A stretch of DNA of 60,585 bases. Origin: Octopus bimaculoides. Its lineage: Eukaryota. The stretch covers positions 29,809,435-29,870,019 of the forward strand of contig NC_068999.1 of assembly GCF_001194135.2 (NCBI RefSeq). Direction: 5' to 3'. Made by a program: the position numbers and the translations under genes. Of the stretch, positions 58,997-60,585 are shown piece after piece. How positions within the stretch are numbered: the stretch's first letter is position 1; each line of letters starts with the position of its first letter. The notes under the pieces were generated by a model. That model was not told the origin of the DNA. It saw only the letters and a list, made by a program, of their open reading frames with translations, and did no database searches.

Positions 58997-60585
58997 ATGC
59001 TACTGATTGTTATGTTTTCTGCAAAATGCAAGCTTTCTTTTCAGGTACATGACACTGCTGTTCCTTGCCCCAGGGTCTCACGGGCCCTTACCTCCCACAC
59101 CCTCAGGGTTGGCACTCTTAACGTCGACATACTGAAAGGTAGGTCTGGTGAGATTGTTGAGATGCTTGAACAGAGATGTGTCGATATCTGCTGCCTCCAA
59201 GAAGTAAGGTGGAGAGGAGGTTCCGCTAGGTTCCTCACAGGCAAAGAACACAGGTACAAGATTTTCTGGGCAGGAAACACAGACGGGGTCAGGGGCGTAG
59301 GTATACTTCTTGCAGAGGAATGGGTGGATAAGGTAATCAAGGTAGTTAAAGTATGCGATAGAATACTTAAGATTAGATTAGTCCTTCACCATGGGTTAGC
59401 AACCATTATCTCGGCCTATGCCCCTCAGCCCGGGCTACCCAACGGACAGAAAGACCAATTTTATGACACCCTCCTGCAGATTACCTCATCGACGAATGAC
59501 AGGGACCTTCTCTTTGTGGCTGGTGACTTCAGTGGTCATGTTGGACAACATTCTGGGGGCTTCTATGGCGTACATGGAGGCTATGGCTTTGGTTCCCGCA
59601 ATGAGGAGGGAACCAGGCTGCTGGAGTTCTGTGATGCAAATGACCTTATGGTCTGCAATACTAACTTCAGGAAACCTGCCAGTCACCTAGTCATCTACCG
59701 TTGTGGCAGGCACACTAGCCAAATTGACTACATCCTCGCCAGGAAAAGGGAAATATGGCTGCTTATAAATGCCAAAAGCTTCCCAGGCGAAGAGTGTACC
59801 CCACAACATAGATTAGTAGTTAGCTACTTCAGGATCAGGGCTAAGTGGTTGCCCAGAAGACAACCAGCATGGAGGAGAAGGATCTGGAAGCTCAAAGATC
59901 CTGTGAATGGACAGAGGTTTAGAGACTTATTACTCGAAGCCTTTGATGAAATAGGGGGTGGGGGTGTAGCTTCACAGAATGTAGAGGACAACTGGACGTT
60001 TCTAATGGAGAACCTGCTGAGGGCCACCGACCAGATCTGTGGATGGTGCAAGGTCCCCTCTCAACCGAAAATAACGTGGTGGTGGAACAATGTTGTCAGG
60101 GCTATTAGAAAAAAGAAACAGGCTTGGAAAGACTGGAAGAACAGTGGTAGCAGGGAACTGTATCAGACTGCCAGAAGGGAAGCTAGGCAACAGGTTGATG
60201 TCATGGGAGAGAAATGTGTTTGCATGGATGATGGTACGCTTGCACTAAACGAGGCTGCAAAGAAAGAGGTTTGGAGACATCACTACGAAAGATTGCTCAA
60301 TAAAGAGAATGAATAGTAGAAAGAGAGTCTACTGAATGTCGACCCAACAGAGGGACCAGCTATCTGAGTTGACAGTACCATGGTAGATAAAGCAATTAAG
60401 AGTATGAAGACAGGGAAGGCCCCCGGCCCATCAGGAATCACTGCAGAGATGCTCAAAATATCTGGCAGTGTCGGCTATAGCCTAGTCACCCGTATTGTTA
60501 ACCAGGTGATACATGAAGGAGTCATACCCAATGACTGGTGTAGCAGCACCATAGTCAACTGCTACAAAGGTAAAGGTGAAGCTTT
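58997..60585 (+). mobile_element. RTE LINE ORF2 5' part (APE endonuclease, linker, start of RT) in SOD2 intron 2, same strand; inactivated
   Basis: ORF 58997-60316 carries APE motifs TLNV, CLQEVRW, SAYAPQ, AGDFSGHVG (conserved N replaced by S), IDYIL and QHRLVV. Internal deletion near 60195. Stops at 60314 and 60365, then KAPGPSGITAEMLK. Confidence 0.95.

Noticed and set aside
58997-60316. 439-aa ORF as a host gene (the kind often auto-labelled 'craniofacial development protein 2-like') or as an active LINE
   Set aside because: It is the RTE APE domain, with GDFN changed to GDFS, an internal deletion and downstream stops.

Overview
This is AT-rich eukaryotic (animal) genomic DNA from a draft scaffold. 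It has eight N-gaps: 654-1589, 20286-20385, 26719-26985, 27557-27573, 33608-33696, 38526-39340, 44622-45602 and 45954-46501. The repeat complement (RTE-clade LINEs, tRNA-headed SINEs with an internal (TA)n, dense AT/GT/GA microsatellites) looks to me like an octopod cephalopod; that is inference and was not checked. The window is mostly decayed transposons: at least 12 RTE LINE pieces, a Mag-like Ty3/gypsy pol, several Tc1/mariner relics, hAT and Kolobok-like MITEs, a Helitron, and an ORF1-only L1/Tx1-like element. The one well-supported host gene is mitochondrial Mn-superoxide dismutase (SOD2) on the + strand. Exon 2 is 56741-56964, a phase-compatible candidate exon 1 is 42961-43004, and the rest lies beyond the window; its promoter may be bidirectional. 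The most interesting observations are: (1) a fold-back element in SOD2 intron 1 that joins a tRNA-like Pol III head to a minimal Penelope-type hammerhead ribozyme motif in both arms; (2) a second hammerhead-like fold with a U3-A8 covaried core; (3) a C4-H-C3 PHD-type finger embedded in the RT region of two RTE subfamilies; (4) an ORF1-only 'half-LINE'. All alignments and folds were done by eye; no searches were run. There are no rRNA genes, true tRNA genes or CRISPR arrays.
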